Below are positions 10,739-20,892 of a DNA stretch of 64,000 bases, piece by piece. The first letter of the stretch is position 1; each line of letters opens with the position of its first letter. Under the pieces are notes generated by a model. That model was not told where the DNA came from. It saw only the letters and a list, made by a program, of their open reading frames with translations, and ran no database searches. Location of the stretch: contig OZ219791.1 in NCBI GenBank assembly GCA_964291215.2, positions 3,456,001-3,520,000 on the forward strand, read 5' to 3'. The position numbers and the translations under genes are program-made. This stretch comes from Alphaproteobacteria bacterium (GTDB taxonomy: Bacteria > Pseudomonadota > Alphaproteobacteria > MPNO01 > UBA830).

Positions 10739-11003
10739 CGGCGCCGCTCCGCGGGAACTCGACGGCCGCATCCTCGACGACCGTGTGCGGCGTGTGTGCC
10801 GGCATGGTGTCGAACACCTCCGCCAGGCCGCTGCCGAAAGCCGCTGTGACGGAATCGAGCATCCCGCACGAGACAATCGTCCGCCCGCAGATCACACACT
10901 CCGACCGGCGCACGAGAGCGGAGATCGGCGACGGTAACCTGGAAACGCTTCTCCGGCCGTAGCAGACCTTCTCCGGCCAGTCCTCGATCAGCCCCTCATA
11001 CAT
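10722..11003 (-). pseudogene. N-terminal remnant of an iron-containing alcohol dehydrogenase / maleylacetate reductase-like gene
   Basis: PEKVCYGR..; EVFDTMPAHTP..SGAD resembles the Fe-ADH N-terminus; the remainder is missing. Confidence 0.5.
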
Positions 11004-11190
11004 GTCGCACCGTGTCGCTGTCGCCTCGTACCGGATTTGTGCACCGGATGGCTTTCTGATGCAACGGACCCTGATACTTGCGCGCTTGACCGGCGTATCG
11101 AACGATCAGTTCGCAATTGCCGGCGATAATCGTTGGCGCCTGCACCGTTGCGTGGCGGTACGATCCCGGAAGGAACCAGAGGTGTATTTT

Positions 11191-11537
11191 CAGACGTCCT
11201 GACCTCGGCTTTGATTTCTTCGAATCAGGGTGATGCTTCCGGGCCGAGTTTGCGTGCGTTGTCTGGCAGTTCTTAGATCATGCGGAGGCCGGTTCCGGAG
11301 CTTCTTCACTGCACGGTCGCGCGGCTCACGCCGCCTGCAGGTCTCTTTGAGGTTCCGATCTGGACGGCTTCAGGAGGGTGCATCGCGAGCGTGTTCACGG
11401 CCGGGGCCATCCAATTCCAGGCATCGTGCCATCACGACGCGGCTACGATGTCAGGCAAAAAACCGGGAAAATCGTTGATTGTGTTGGAAAAGGGGGAGCC
11501 GGACGGATCAAGTCAGCTCACGAGGTCAGGACATCTG
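11191..11537. mobile_element. MITE-like non-autonomous element, 347 bp
   Basis: 17-bp terminal inverted repeat CAGAYGTCCTGACCTCG (1 mismatch); 5-bp direct repeat ATTTT on both flanks (11186-11190, 11538-11542); no credible ORF. Confidence 0.85.
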
Positions 11538-11642
11538 ATTTTGCCGCGACGCTGTCCGGCAGCTAAGTTCTGCCGCAAGAGCCATTCCATCGGCTCCGGA
11601 TATGGCCTGAGCAGGAAGACTGCTGACTGACAGAAAGGATGC

Positions 11643-12668
11643 GTGATGAGCACAACCGGACAGACGCCGTTTGCTGCGCCCGTGGTCGATCACCTCTCGG
11701 TACGGGTCGTTGTCGATTCCCATTACGAGCGTTTTCTGCCGAAGGCAACGCACTCGCATGTTGCGATCGAGCATGTCGGCAGCATTCCCGGCCGCCAGAT
11801 GAGTACGCTGGCAGGGGAATGGGGCCTGTCGCTTCACCTCGAATCGTCGGTGCAAGGCGAGAAGGCGCAATACCTCCTCGATTTCGGCTATACGCCGGAA
11901 ATCCTCAACCGCAATGTCGATCTTCTCGATATTGACGCCTCCTGGCTCAACGGCCTCATCTTGAGCCATGGCCATCGGGATCACTATGGTGGCCTTGAGG
12001 GTTTCGTCGAACGGCACCGCGCACAGATGCGCGATGAGGTGTCACTGTTCGTTGGCGCCGAGGAGGCGTTCCATGTGCGCTGGGTGCCGGGGCCGCTCCG
12101 CGAAAAATCTGGCGGAAAACGCGAAATGGTATGCTGGGGAGCGCCCGATCGTACTGCGCTGGTCGCACAGCAGGTGGCGCCGGTCTGTTGCCACGCGCCG
12201 CAGGTTCTCGATGGCGCGTTCACCACCGGTTACATCGAGCGCGAGTCCTTTGAGGAGGTGACCGGCGGCTCAATGCTTGAGAGTACCGATCATTTCACCG
12301 AGGCCGAGCGGCGGGGCGAGCTGGTTCAGGACAGCCATCCCGAAGAACATGCAACCTGCTATCTGGTGCGGAACAAGGGGCTGGTCGTGATCTCTTCCTG
12401 CGGACATGCGGGCATAGTGAATTCCGTCAAGACGGCCATGGCCGTGGCCGGCACCGATCGCCTGCACGCGGTGATCGGCGGTTTTCACCTCGCGATGTCG
12501 AAGCCCGACTATATCGAGCATACCGTCGACGAGCTTGAGGTCCTTGAACCCGACGTGGTCCTGCCCATGCACTGCACCGGGACGGGTTTCATCGAATCGA
12601 TGCGGCGCCGGATGCCGGAACGCTTGGTTCTTTCCAACCTCGGAAGCAGGTTCACGTTCGGGGCATGA
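11643..12668 (+). CDS. MBL-fold metallo-hydrolase
   Basis: EWGLS, LLDFG, SHGHRDHYGG (HxHxDH), SCGHAG, GGFHL, PMHCTG. Confidence 0.9.
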   Translation: MMSTTGQTPFAAPVVDHLSVRVVVDSHYERFLPKATHSHVAIEHVGSIPGRQMSTLAGEWGLSLHLESSVQGEKAQYLLDFGYTPEILNRNVDLLDIDASWLNGLILSHGHRDHYGGLEGFVERHRAQMRDEVSLFVGAEEAFHVRWVPGPLREKSGGKREMVCWGAPDRTALVAQQVAPVCCHAPQVLDGAFTTGYIERESFEEVTGGSMLESTDHFTEAERRGELVQDSHPEEHATCYLVRNKGLVVISSCGHAGIVNSVKTAMAVAGTDRLHAVIGGFHLAMSKPDYIEHTVDELEVLEPDVVLPMHCTGTGFIESMRRRMPERLVLSNLGSRFTFGA

Positions 12669-12800
12669 GAGTCGCTGCCGCCTCGGGACCGGCGGTTCCG
12701 AGGCGGCAGCCGGGTTTTCAAGCGCCGGTCTGCTGGATCCCGGTGCGGGCCTTCCGCCCCAGGTTCTCAATGCGCAGGGCCTCCGGGTCCGACAGCGCTG

Positions 12801-13976
12801 TTATCCCTCGAACAGATTCCTCTGACGCAGCCAGTCCAGCGTATGGCGGACTGCCTCCGCCATGTGTTGCGGCTGGTCGAGGTAGTAATGCGTCGCGCCC
12901 TCGACGATATGATGTTCCTTGTCGGCGCTCGCGGCGGCCTCGAAGATTCTTGCCGTATGCGGTTTCGGCACGGCATCGTCGGCGCTGTTCTCAATGGCGA
13001 GCAGCGGCACGCTGATGCGCGCGGCGTTGGCCGGCCCGTCCGCCCGGCTCTCGTCCACCGACCATTGGCTGAGCCAGGAACGCAGTGTGGAGAAGCGGGC
13101 CAGCCCGACCGGGCCGGTATTCACCGTCGCCGGATCGCCGAGATAGCACCATCCGGGCTTTCGATCGTTTGGATCGATTGCAGGATCCAGAAACCTGGGA
13201 TCCGCCATCGTGCGGTGAACGACGAAGCCGCGTTCGAGTTCCTTGCCGCCCCGCCGGCGGAGATCGTCGAGTGTCTCGCGCACGCGAGCGGTGATCCGGC
13301 GGTTGCGGGCGATCTGGGCAGCCCTGTAGCGCTGAATGAAATCGGTTGTGAAAGGGGGGCCGTTGGACGGATCATATATGTCGAGCGAGGGTTCGCGCCG
13401 GTCCGGGTTCTCCTCATCCACGACGGAGCCGTCCATCCATTCCGTAAGCGTCCATGCGCGCGAAATGTGCGCAGCCTGGAAAACCAGAGCGTCGACGGGA
13501 GCAAGTTCGGAGCCGACGATGTCGATCGGGTCGCCGGCAGGGGTGTCGATGATGGTGGGGTTCTCCGCCTGCGCCTGATAGAAGAGCGAAACTGCGCCCC
13601 CGCCTGACCAGCCGCAGAGCACAATACGCTCGTAGCCCCACTCGCTCCTGGCGGTACGCACCCACGCGCCAAGATCGAGGAGCACCTTCTCCATGATGAG
13701 CGCGCTGTCGTTCTTCGGGTACCGGCTGCCGGCGCAGAGCACATGCAGCCCGTGCGCGGGGAGCGCCCGGGGCACGGGCAGGAGCTGCAGCGTCGAGGAC
13801 GGATGCATGAAGATCATCAACGTCTTCGAATCCACGCCCCTGGGCCGGTAGTGAATACCCTCGAGGCTCACCCGTCCGGCAGATCCGGCGAAACCGTAGG
13901 TTTCGGTGAACGCTGCTTTCTCCTCATGGCTGACGTGGCGCCAGAGGGATTCAACTTCATGGATGCGATTGGGCAT
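12801..13976 (-). CDS. Alpha/beta-fold hydrolase
   Basis: GWSGG nucleophile elbow, ADDAV acid, GATHYY His; ATG at 13976 follows GGAG. Confidence 0.85.
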   Translation of the reverse strand: MPNRIHEVESLWRHVSHEEKAAFTETYGFAGSAGRVSLEGIHYRPRGVDSKTLMIFMHPSSTLQLLPVPRALPAHGLHVLCAGSRYPKNDSALIMEKVLLDLGAWVRTARSEWGYERIVLCGWSGGGAVSLFYQAQAENPTIIDTPAGDPIDIVGSELAPVDALVFQAAHISRAWTLTEWMDGSVVDEENPDRREPSLDIYDPSNGPPFTTDFIQRYRAAQIARNRRITARVRETLDDLRRRGGKELERGFVVHRTMADPRFLDPAIDPNDRKPGWCYLGDPATVNTGPVGLARFSTLRSWLSQWSVDESRADGPANAARISVPLLAIENSADDAVPKPHTARIFEAAASADKEHHIVEGATHYYLDQPQHMAEAVRHTLDWLRQRNLFEG

Positions 13977-14431
13977 CGGCTTTCTCCAGGTTCCGGTCCG
14001 GCAAAAATCCGGTGGATGCCACATCATGTCAAACACTCGCGCCGCGTCGTCGTGCGTCCCGCGTTGCGGCAGAGAGCCCGGCGGGTGGGTTTCCTGCTGC
14101 CTGGCGGGGAGGTGAACGGCAGGCGGCACTGCGCCGTTGGTCGGTGCTCGCCGAAGCTGTGCACCCGACTACGCATCCAGGGCCTACGAGTTTGATCCAG
14201 TGTCGTTTTCTTCTTTCCCCCATTGTTGAAGACGAACGGAGCCCGACACCTCCCGCTTCCTCAGGATCACGTGTTCGACAGCGGGAAGCGTTTGTTGGCG
14301 TTGTCGGGTTTCGGCTTGCAGCGCACCGCAAGTTTTGCTTTTATACGAAGAGTGGGAGACGATTTACGGGCGCCTGCGATGCGCGGAAGCAGTCCGCCGC
14401 GGCTGTGCCTCCTGGCCATGGGAGAGATACG

Positions 14432-15811
14432 ATGGATCGGCTGAACGCAATTATCGATTCGGTAAACGCTTTCGCATGGGGTCCTCCCATGCTCGGCATT
14501 CTGGGCGTGACGGGCATGCTGCTCACCCTCGGTCTCGTATTCATGCCGTGGCGCAAGGTGGGATACGGCTTCCGCCTTCTGTTCGAGAAGGGTGGCGCCA
14601 CGGGGGACGGAGAGGTCAAACCGTTCAACGCACTGATGACCGCTCTGTCGGCAACCGTCGGCACCGGGAACATCGCCGGCGTTGCCACGGCGATCGCGCT
14701 CGGCGGGCCGGGCGCGATCTTCTACATGTGGCTGATCGCGCTGTTCGGCATGGCGACGAAATACGCCGAGGCGGTGTGTGCGGTGACCTACCGCGAGAAG
14801 GACGCCACGGGCAAGTATGTTGGCGGTCCGATGTATTACCTGCGCAACGGAGTCGGGGAGTTCGCGCCCGAGCTCGGCAAGTGGCTGGGGCTCGCCTTTG
14901 CGATCTTCGGGGCCGTGGCGGCGTTCGGCATCGGCAACGCGGTGCAGGTCAACTCAATGGCCGCCGCACTCGACAACAGCTTCGGGGCGCCGGCATGGGT
15001 AACCGGTTTGGTCGTGGCGGCGCTGGTCGGCATCGTCGTCATCGGCGGCATCCGGCGCATCGGCGATGTGGCAGGCAAGCTGGTGCCGGCGATGATCGTT
15101 CTCTATCTCGGCGCTGCGCTGCTGATCCTCGCGATCAATGTCACGGCGATACCGGAGGCAATCGGCCTGATCTTCACCCATGCCTTCACTCCTGCCGCCG
15201 CAACCGGCGGGTTTGCGGGTGCGGCGGTGGCCGCTGCCATTCGCTTCGGCATCGCGCGGGGCGTGTTCTCCAACGAATCGGGGCTCGGTTCGGCCGCCAT
15301 CGCGCATGCGGCGGCGCAGACCAACAGCCCGGTGCGGCAGGGGATCATCGCCATGCTGGGCACCTTCATCGACACCCTCGTGGTGTGCACGATGACGGCG
15401 CTGGTCATCCTGACCTCCGGGGCGTGGACGATGACGGGCTCCGATGGCGGCGGGCTCACCGGCGCGGTGCTCACCTCGACCGGCTTCGAGACCTCGATGG
15501 CCGGCGGCCAGTACATCGTCACCATCGCGCTGGCGGTATTCGCCTTCACCACCATTCTCGGCTGGTCCTATTACGGAGAGCGGTGCTGGCAGTACCTCTT
15601 CAAGGAGAAAAGCCTGGTCATTTACCGGGCGTTATGGGTGGTGGCCGCCTTGGCCTTCGCCAACGTGAAGGTGGATTTTGTGTGGAATCTCGCCGACACG
15701 CTGAACGGCCTGATGGCGGTGCCCAACCTGATCGGGCTGCTGCTGCTAGCGCCGATGGTATTCAAGGTCACGCGGCAGTACTTCGAGGATCTCGGCAGAC
15801 CGCTCGGATGA
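14432..15811 (+). CDS. Alanine/glycine:cation symporter (AGCS family)
   Basis: ALSATVGTGNIAGVATAI, GGPMYY, RGVFSNESGLGS, FTTILGWSYYGE. Confidence 0.95.
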   Translation: MDRLNAIIDSVNAFAWGPPMLGILGVTGMLLTLGLVFMPWRKVGYGFRLLFEKGGATGDGEVKPFNALMTALSATVGTGNIAGVATAIALGGPGAIFYMWLIALFGMATKYAEAVCAVTYREKDATGKYVGGPMYYLRNGVGEFAPELGKWLGLAFAIFGAVAAFGIGNAVQVNSMAAALDNSFGAPAWVTGLVVAALVGIVVIGGIRRIGDVAGKLVPAMIVLYLGAALLILAINVTAIPEAIGLIFTHAFTPAAATGGFAGAAVAAAIRFGIARGVFSNESGLGSAAIAHAAAQTNSPVRQGIIAMLGTFIDTLVVCTMTALVILTSGAWTMTGSDGGGLTGAVLTSTGFETSMAGGQYIVTIALAVFAFTTILGWSYYGERCWQYLFKEKSLVIYRALWVVAALAFANVKVDFVWNLADTLNGLMAVPNLIGLLLLAPMVFKVTRQYFEDLGRPLG

Positions 15812-16124
15812 CGGCCCGGCGTGGACCTCCGCCGGGCGCTGCGCATCGCTGGTGCGGAGGCGTCGCTGAGAATGCCGCACCGGGAGAAGGGCCGTCTCTC
15901 TCCGACGACGCCGGGATGAGAGTCGCTCTCCTGACCAGTTCAGCCATCCTTGGGAGGAGGGGAGCGGCCCTTCTGCCTGCGGTCGCAGAGGACGCTGGCT
16001 GCGATTCTCCTCGGGTGCAGTTCTCGTATGGCGAATCCAAGTCATTGATTTAACACAATTGTGCGGTCGCAAGGTAGCGGCGAAAACGGGTTTTCGTGAC
16101 AATCGCCCGTTTCAGGACAGGATT

Positions 16125-16456
16125 TTGTCACGACCCCCGCGGCATCGACAGGGTGGTCCGGGCGCTGCACCACCTTCGCGGCGCCAACGGGCCGACAGGG
16201 AACTGTCCCTCTTCCGCAAGCATCGCCACCGCATGCGCTACCACGCGCTGAATCAACCGGCTCGGGAATTGTCGAGGCGGCAAACAAGACCCCCGTCACA
16301 CAGCGCATGAGGCGCTCCGGGATGCGCCGGCGCATCGTCGGCGGACAATCACCTTCCGCGCCCTGCTCGAAGCCGGCCGCTTCGAGAGCGCGTGGACGGC
16401 CATGATCGGTGCAGACGACGCACCAGCCAACGACAACATCAGCCCAAATCACACCC
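16125..16456 (+). pseudogene. ISKra4-like transposase C-terminal remnant
   Basis: Frameshifted fragments FRKHRHRMRYHAL, GSGIVEAANKT, TQRMRRSGMR, GRFESAW. Confidence 0.6.
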
Positions 16457-16734
16457 CGGCACCGGCCGCATGAGATGAACAAATGGTACTGAGCCTGCAA
16501 CCGTGCCATACGAAACTCTCACCCTTCTCCTCCCGACTTGCCAGCCGCTGCGGGTCTTGATGCCGATACAGGCGGGCCTCATCTCCCGGGCCGCCTTCAG
16601 CATCGCCGTGGTGCTCTTCGTCTTGCGCCGACCCTTCGCCGCGAGCGGCTCGGCGGGGCGAGAACGATATCGCCGTCGGCGCGGGCCCGGTACCTTTCAA
16701 AGTGCCGGACTTGTATAGCTGATCCGTTTCGTGC

Positions 16735-16800
16735 ATGCAGGTCGGGCTCCGCCATTTCGATTCGCAGACGCTTGACTGGTTAGCTGGCGCGTTGCGCTCA
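16735..16800 (+). pseudogene. Extreme N-terminus of a DUF4338/IS4-type transposase, truncated
   Basis: MQVGLRHFDSQTLDWLAGALRS resembles the start of this transposase type; abrupt junction follows. Confidence 0.4.
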
Positions 16801-17240
16801 GCCGATGTCCGCTATCGCTTCTCGCTCTTGCGCCCGTACATCGACTTCGACGACTTGCTCGAACGAAGCTTGTCGCTCTCCGCCTCAACCCGCTCCTTCA
16901 GCACCTACACCTCGGCCCAGCATTCTCCATGCGCAGCGATCCCACCGGCGACCGCTTCCGCGCATCAACGCCAGCCTCGGCAAGAAGCTGGCCCAGATGC
17001 GCAGCCTCCTGCTCCAGCGCAAGAGACTGCTTCGCCGTCCGCCGAACCTCCCCGATCTCCGCACGGGCAGCTGCCAGCTTCTCGCGATTGCTCTCGAAAA
17101 TCGCCTTCAGGGAATTTGCGCGGCTGCGCTCCTCCACCTCCTGCCAGCGCAGCTCCTCACAGCGACCCTCCGCAGCCGCCGCGCGGGCTTCCGCCGCCTC
17201 GGCTCGAATACGCTCGCGATCGCACCGGGACTTCCAGGTG
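16800..17240 (-). pseudogene. Coiled-coil N-terminal remnant of an IS66-like transposase
   Basis: EGRCEELRWQEVEERSRANSLK..EAGVDARKRS..SLRMEN; frameshifted. Confidence 0.5.
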
Positions 17241-17329
17241 ACCGAAGCACAACACGACGACTGCGGCGCGTCGCCTGTGGCGGCGCTGCCGCGCCATCGC
17301 CGACACCCACGCCGAGCGTTATCTCCACG

Positions 17330-17450
17330 CGTGCGGGCCGGCGTCGCCGCCACCGTCATCCTGCCCGCCGGCAACGACTTCAACGACGACCTGGTCGCGC
17401 TCGGCCCGGCAACGCTCCGCGCCCGCTTCGCGCCGCTGTTCCGCACCCCC
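17330..17450 (+). pseudogene. Toprim-domain protein C-terminal fragment (plasmid/ICE-type)
   Basis: VILPAGNDFNDDL motif. Confidence 0.5.
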
Positions 17451-17545
17451 GCCTGCGCCTCCCCGGCCGGCGCGGGCTCCCGGTCCGGGGGAGGAAGAGG
17501 AGAGCGGAGGGTCGGGCAAGCCGACCCGAAGAGTGGAGGGAGTCC

Positions 17546-17896
17546 ATGAGAGCCGTCGTCAACCTGAATACCGAGCCGCGGCTGCGCGAGGCGTTCGAAT
17601 ACGCGCAGGTCGTCGACAACACCGTGCTGATCGACCGCCGCACTCGGTGGGGCAATCCGTTCCGAATCGGCCAGGACCGCGCGCAGGCGATCGCCCGCTA
17701 CCGCGCCGACCTCTGGCGCCGCATCCGCGCGGGCGAGGTCGCGCTGGAGGAGCTGGCCGGACTGGACGGCTGCTGGCTCGCCTGCTGGTGCGAGCCGCTG
17801 CCCTGCCACGGCGATGTCCTCGCCCGGGCCGCAGAATGGGCATCCGGGCAGTTGGCGCAGCGCAACACCGGCCGGACGGAAGGAGGCGCGTCATGA
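17546..17896 (+). CDS. DUF4326 domain protein
   Basis: IDRRTRWGNPF, LACWCEPLPCHGDVL; GGAGGG RBS. Confidence 0.88.
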   Translation: MRAVVNLNTEPRLREAFEYAQVVDNTVLIDRRTRWGNPFRIGQDRAQAIARYRADLWRRIRAGEVALEELAGLDGCWLACWCEPLPCHGDVLARAAEWASGQLAQRNTGRTEGGAS

Positions 17897-18075
17897 GCAC
17901 CATCTCCTTCCGCCGCATCGCCCCCGACGAATCCCGCATCTACCGGGACGGCGATCATGTCGGAGACATCCACGCCTTCGACGACAGCACCCGGCCGGGG
18001 CGCCGGGTGTTCGCCATACACCTCGACGAAGACCCGCGCGGGCCGGTGTATCTCCAAGACCGCGCCCGCACCACT
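17893..18075 (+). pseudogene. Hypothetical ICE/phage-type gene truncated by an IS256 fragment
   Basis: ATGA overlap with the DUF4326 gene, AGGAGG RBS; the frame runs into IS256 sequence. Confidence 0.5.
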
Positions 18076-18097
18076 CGCGCATCCCGCCAGGCCATGA

Positions 18098-18287
18098 GCG
18101 ACCGATCCAGCAAGAGCTCAAGCGGCGCACCTCCAAAGTCAGGGTCTTTCCGAACCTCGCCTCGTTGGAGCGCCTCTCAACCGCGGTCCTCATCGACGAA
18201 AAATGGGAAACCGAAACCAAGGCATACATCAAATGGGAACAGCTCGATCAGCTTCACGACAATTTCCAGACATCAGGTTGCGTAATC
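18098..18287 (+). mobile_element. IS256-family right-end fragment
   Basis: QQELKRRTSKVRVFPNLASLERL; near-identical inverted copy at 60870-61060 sharing the terminus ..CAGGTTGCGTAATC. Confidence 0.88.
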
Positions 18288-18299
18288 GCCGGGCGCCCA

Positions 18300-18549
18300 T
18301 CTCGCCTTCCTGCACGGCCCATGGCATCGCATCCTGAAGCGCGCCGGCATCGAGGACCTGCGCATCCATGACCTCCGCCACAGCTTTGCCAGCGGCGGTC
18401 TGCTGGTCGGCGAGGGCCTGCCGATGATCGGCAAGCTGCTCGGACACAACAAGGTCCAGACGACCGCCCGCTATGCCCATCTCGCCAACGATCCCGTCAA
18501 GTCCGCCGCCAACAGGATCGCAACCAGGATCGCCGAAGTCGCGGGGTGA
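18300..18549 (+). pseudogene. Tyrosine integrase C-terminal fragment
   Basis: LRIHDLRHSFAS, KLLGHNKVQTTARYAHL (H-x-x-R, H, Y); 5' part replaced by IS256. Confidence 0.88.
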
Positions 18550-18643
18550 GGCGGCCCCCGGTCGAGCCGGTGGGGGATTTGCACTTCCGGCGGCCGGGTG
18601 GTACGAATATCCGGCTTTCCAACATCGGTCGCGGGGGACCGCC

Positions 18644-18937
18644 ATGCCGTTCGTCACGGTGAAGCCGAAGTTCCAGGTCACCATTCCGGCCGGGTTGCGC
18701 AAGGACATCGATCTTCGCGAGGGCGACCTCATGGAGGCGACGCTCGTGGGCGACGGAATCCTGCTGAGGCCCAAGGAGGTGGTGGACCGCAAGGCATCGG
18801 CCGACCGGATCGCCGCAACGCTTGCGGCGGCTCGGCCTTCGTCCAGGGATCGCGGGCGCACCGAGGACGAAATCATGGAGGAGACGGTCGCGGAGATATC
18901 CGCCTCGCGCCGTGAGCGCCGCGCCCGCGCTGGATGA
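18644..18937 (+). CDS. AbrB/MazE/SpoVT-family antitoxin
   Basis: VKPKFQVTIPAGLRKDIDLREGD..ILLRP; lies upstream of a PIN gene. Confidence 0.88.
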   Translation: MPFVTVKPKFQVTIPAGLRKDIDLREGDLMEATLVGDGILLRPKEVVDRKASADRIAATLAAARPSSRDRGRTEDEIMEETVAEISASRRERRARAG

Positions 18938-19327
18938 AGGTCGTGCTGGATTGCAATGTCGTGGTGGCGGCGGCGCGAACCGACGGCGCGTGCCGCCAAG
19001 CGATCGACAGGGTGCATGCGGGATCACGAGCTCGTCCTGTCCGCGCCCATCCTGTTGGAATACGAAACGGTTGCCGCTCGGCCCGCCTAGGCGTCCTGCC
19101 GCGAAACCCTGGAATTGGTCATCCGGGAGATCGCGCGTCTGGCGGTCACGGTCGAGCCGGCGGACCTCGCATTCGGCCTGCGCGACCCCGACGACGAGGT
19201 TTATCTGGCGACCGCCGCGGCCGGCGGCGCGATCCTGATCACCGGCAATGTGCGGGACTTCACGGAGCCGCGCTACGGGCCGGTCGAGATATGGTCGCCG
19301 CGCGCGTTTCTCGACCGCACGAGCTGA
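18934..19327 (+). pseudogene. PIN-family toxin, inactivated
   Basis: MKVVLDCNVVV, RDPDDE, LITGNVRDF; +1 frameshift near 19016 and in-frame TAG at 19088-19090. Confidence 0.85.
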
Positions 19328-19459
19328 CCGGGCTTCGGCCGGTCCATCGCCTCACGACGCGCTGAAACCGGCACTGGCCAGGGCCGGGCGGATCGCGTGA
19401 AGAACTTTTTGGGGGCAGGGCGGCGCCACGGGCGGCCACGTGATGCCGGGGCTGCGAAT

Positions 19460-19760
19460 TTCTGGATGTGCACCGCGCCCCGGACTCGCTCGCCGGCAGA
19501 GGCGATGTCGAGCGCCGCCGCGACGGGCGGATAGCAGCGGTTGGCGTCGGAGACCGGCAGGGCATCCGGGGCGAGGACCGGCCTAGCACCGCCTTCACGC
19601 TGTCTGCGTTCAACGCCGGCAGAGTGTGGCTGAGGGTCTCGCCGCCACGGTCGGCGGCGACTGGGACCGGCACCTGCTCGCGCAAGAGGTCGCGCTTCCT
19701 GGCCTTGCCGCCTCGACGACCCCGGCAAGCCGCTCCGGCGCCTGCCTGACCGCCGTCAGG
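19460..19760 (-). pseudogene. IS1595-family transposase remnant
   Basis: RGGKARKR..REQVPV.VAADRGG, SDANRCYPPVAAAL, GERVRGAVHIQ spread over shifted frames. Confidence 0.75.
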
Positions 19761-19823
19761 AAGCGCGGCTGCCCTTTCGAATATCTGCACCCAGAAGATC
19801 GCGGGCTGCATCGTCTTGCCGCT

Positions 19824-20492
19824 TCATTCGAGGACGCTGAGAACCTCAGTGCCTCGCTTGACGACAACGCGCTTTACGTGGTCGCGGATGTCTTTGACCG
19901 AACAATCAACGGTCAATTCAACCACACGCTTCCGACGACGACGCCGTTTCCGCCAATGAGCGTACGGATAATCGGAAATACGCGCGAAGATGGTCTCGTC
20001 CCTGGGATGCGGGAACGGCTTGGTGCAACCGCTGTTGATCGGACAGAGCCAAATCGCATCCCGATGCGCTTTAATCAGCGACCTCGTATCGACTTCAAGA
20101 ACATCGTGCCTCTGCTCTCGATAGGCTTTGGCGTTGGTCATCCTGTGGAGGCGCTCTTCCGAAAGCCAAAAGAAGACTTTGGCGTTCAGCAGTTTATACT
20201 AATCCGCCGGGGAAAGATGGTCGGGCAAAGCCCTTCTAAGACCCGAATCGCTCATTGGGATTTGGTCGCGTACAACAGCCCGACACAGACCGTCTCCTGT
20301 CACCTCAACGCTCTTCGGTCGATGTCGGCTTTCGATCTCGGCCCGTTTTGGCGGCTCAACAGCGTAGTGGTCCAAGAGTGCGCTGGTGCTCAGCAGGCCA
20401 TAACGCTTGATCGATTCCCATGAGCCTCGCTCTGCCATGTGATACAGCGTGGGACAGTCAGTGATCAGCTCTTCAAGCTCCGCTTCGGTCAC
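19824..20492 (-). pseudogene. DUF7002-like / DarT-like ADP-ribosyltransferase-fold protein with one in-frame TAG
   Basis: ORFs 20199-20495 and 19824-20141 share a frame; TAG at 20199-20201; LYHMA..SWESIKRYGLLS, VFFW, PINSG, VVEL. Confidence 0.7.
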
Positions 20493-20892
20493 CACGCTCT
20501 CCGATCAATGACGTTACGCCAGCTGAAGTCCGTAGATAGCAGGGAAACAGGTCGACCTGATATTCTCTCGATCTCCTCCACGAAGCTGATAGTATACTCC
20601 GAAAGCTGCTCAAAGCGAAAGGCGTTTCGATTGTTTGCGTCGAAATAGTCGACAAATGTCAGCGCAATGTCGGTCGGACCATTTAGCTGGACGGAATCAC
20701 GAAACTGAAGCCAGTCGAACTCCACTATCCGTCGCGGCTTGTCGGTGGTGGTCGTCCGCTCGGTGCGTTCAAGTTCCTCCAGAGGGACATTGCTGCGCCG
20801 CTGGATTTTGGCCATGTCGACCTCGTGCGCCATCGAACCTGACGGCCCGCCCACCCGGATCGGGTAGGTGCGACAGACCATGATGATTTTTC
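20489..20892 (-). pseudogene. C-terminal part of a divergent adenylosuccinate synthetase (PurA/PurZ-like), truncated by IS66
   Basis: RTYPIRVGGPSG, ERTTTTDKPRRI, NGPTDIALTFVDY; the frame stops at the IS66 terminus. Confidence 0.85.

Noticed and set aside
14130-14431. Possible glycine riboswitch upstream of the AGCS symporter
   Set aside because: GGGAGA and CTCAGG fragments occur but not in the aptamer order, and there is no CCGAAG core. An Rfam RF00504 scan would settle it.
14335-16053. Long alternative-frame and antisense ORFs (e.g. 572 aa here, 9503-10849, 37767-39221, 48342-49670)
   Set aside because: Arg/Gly/Pro-rich shadows of real high-GC genes with no recognisable motifs.
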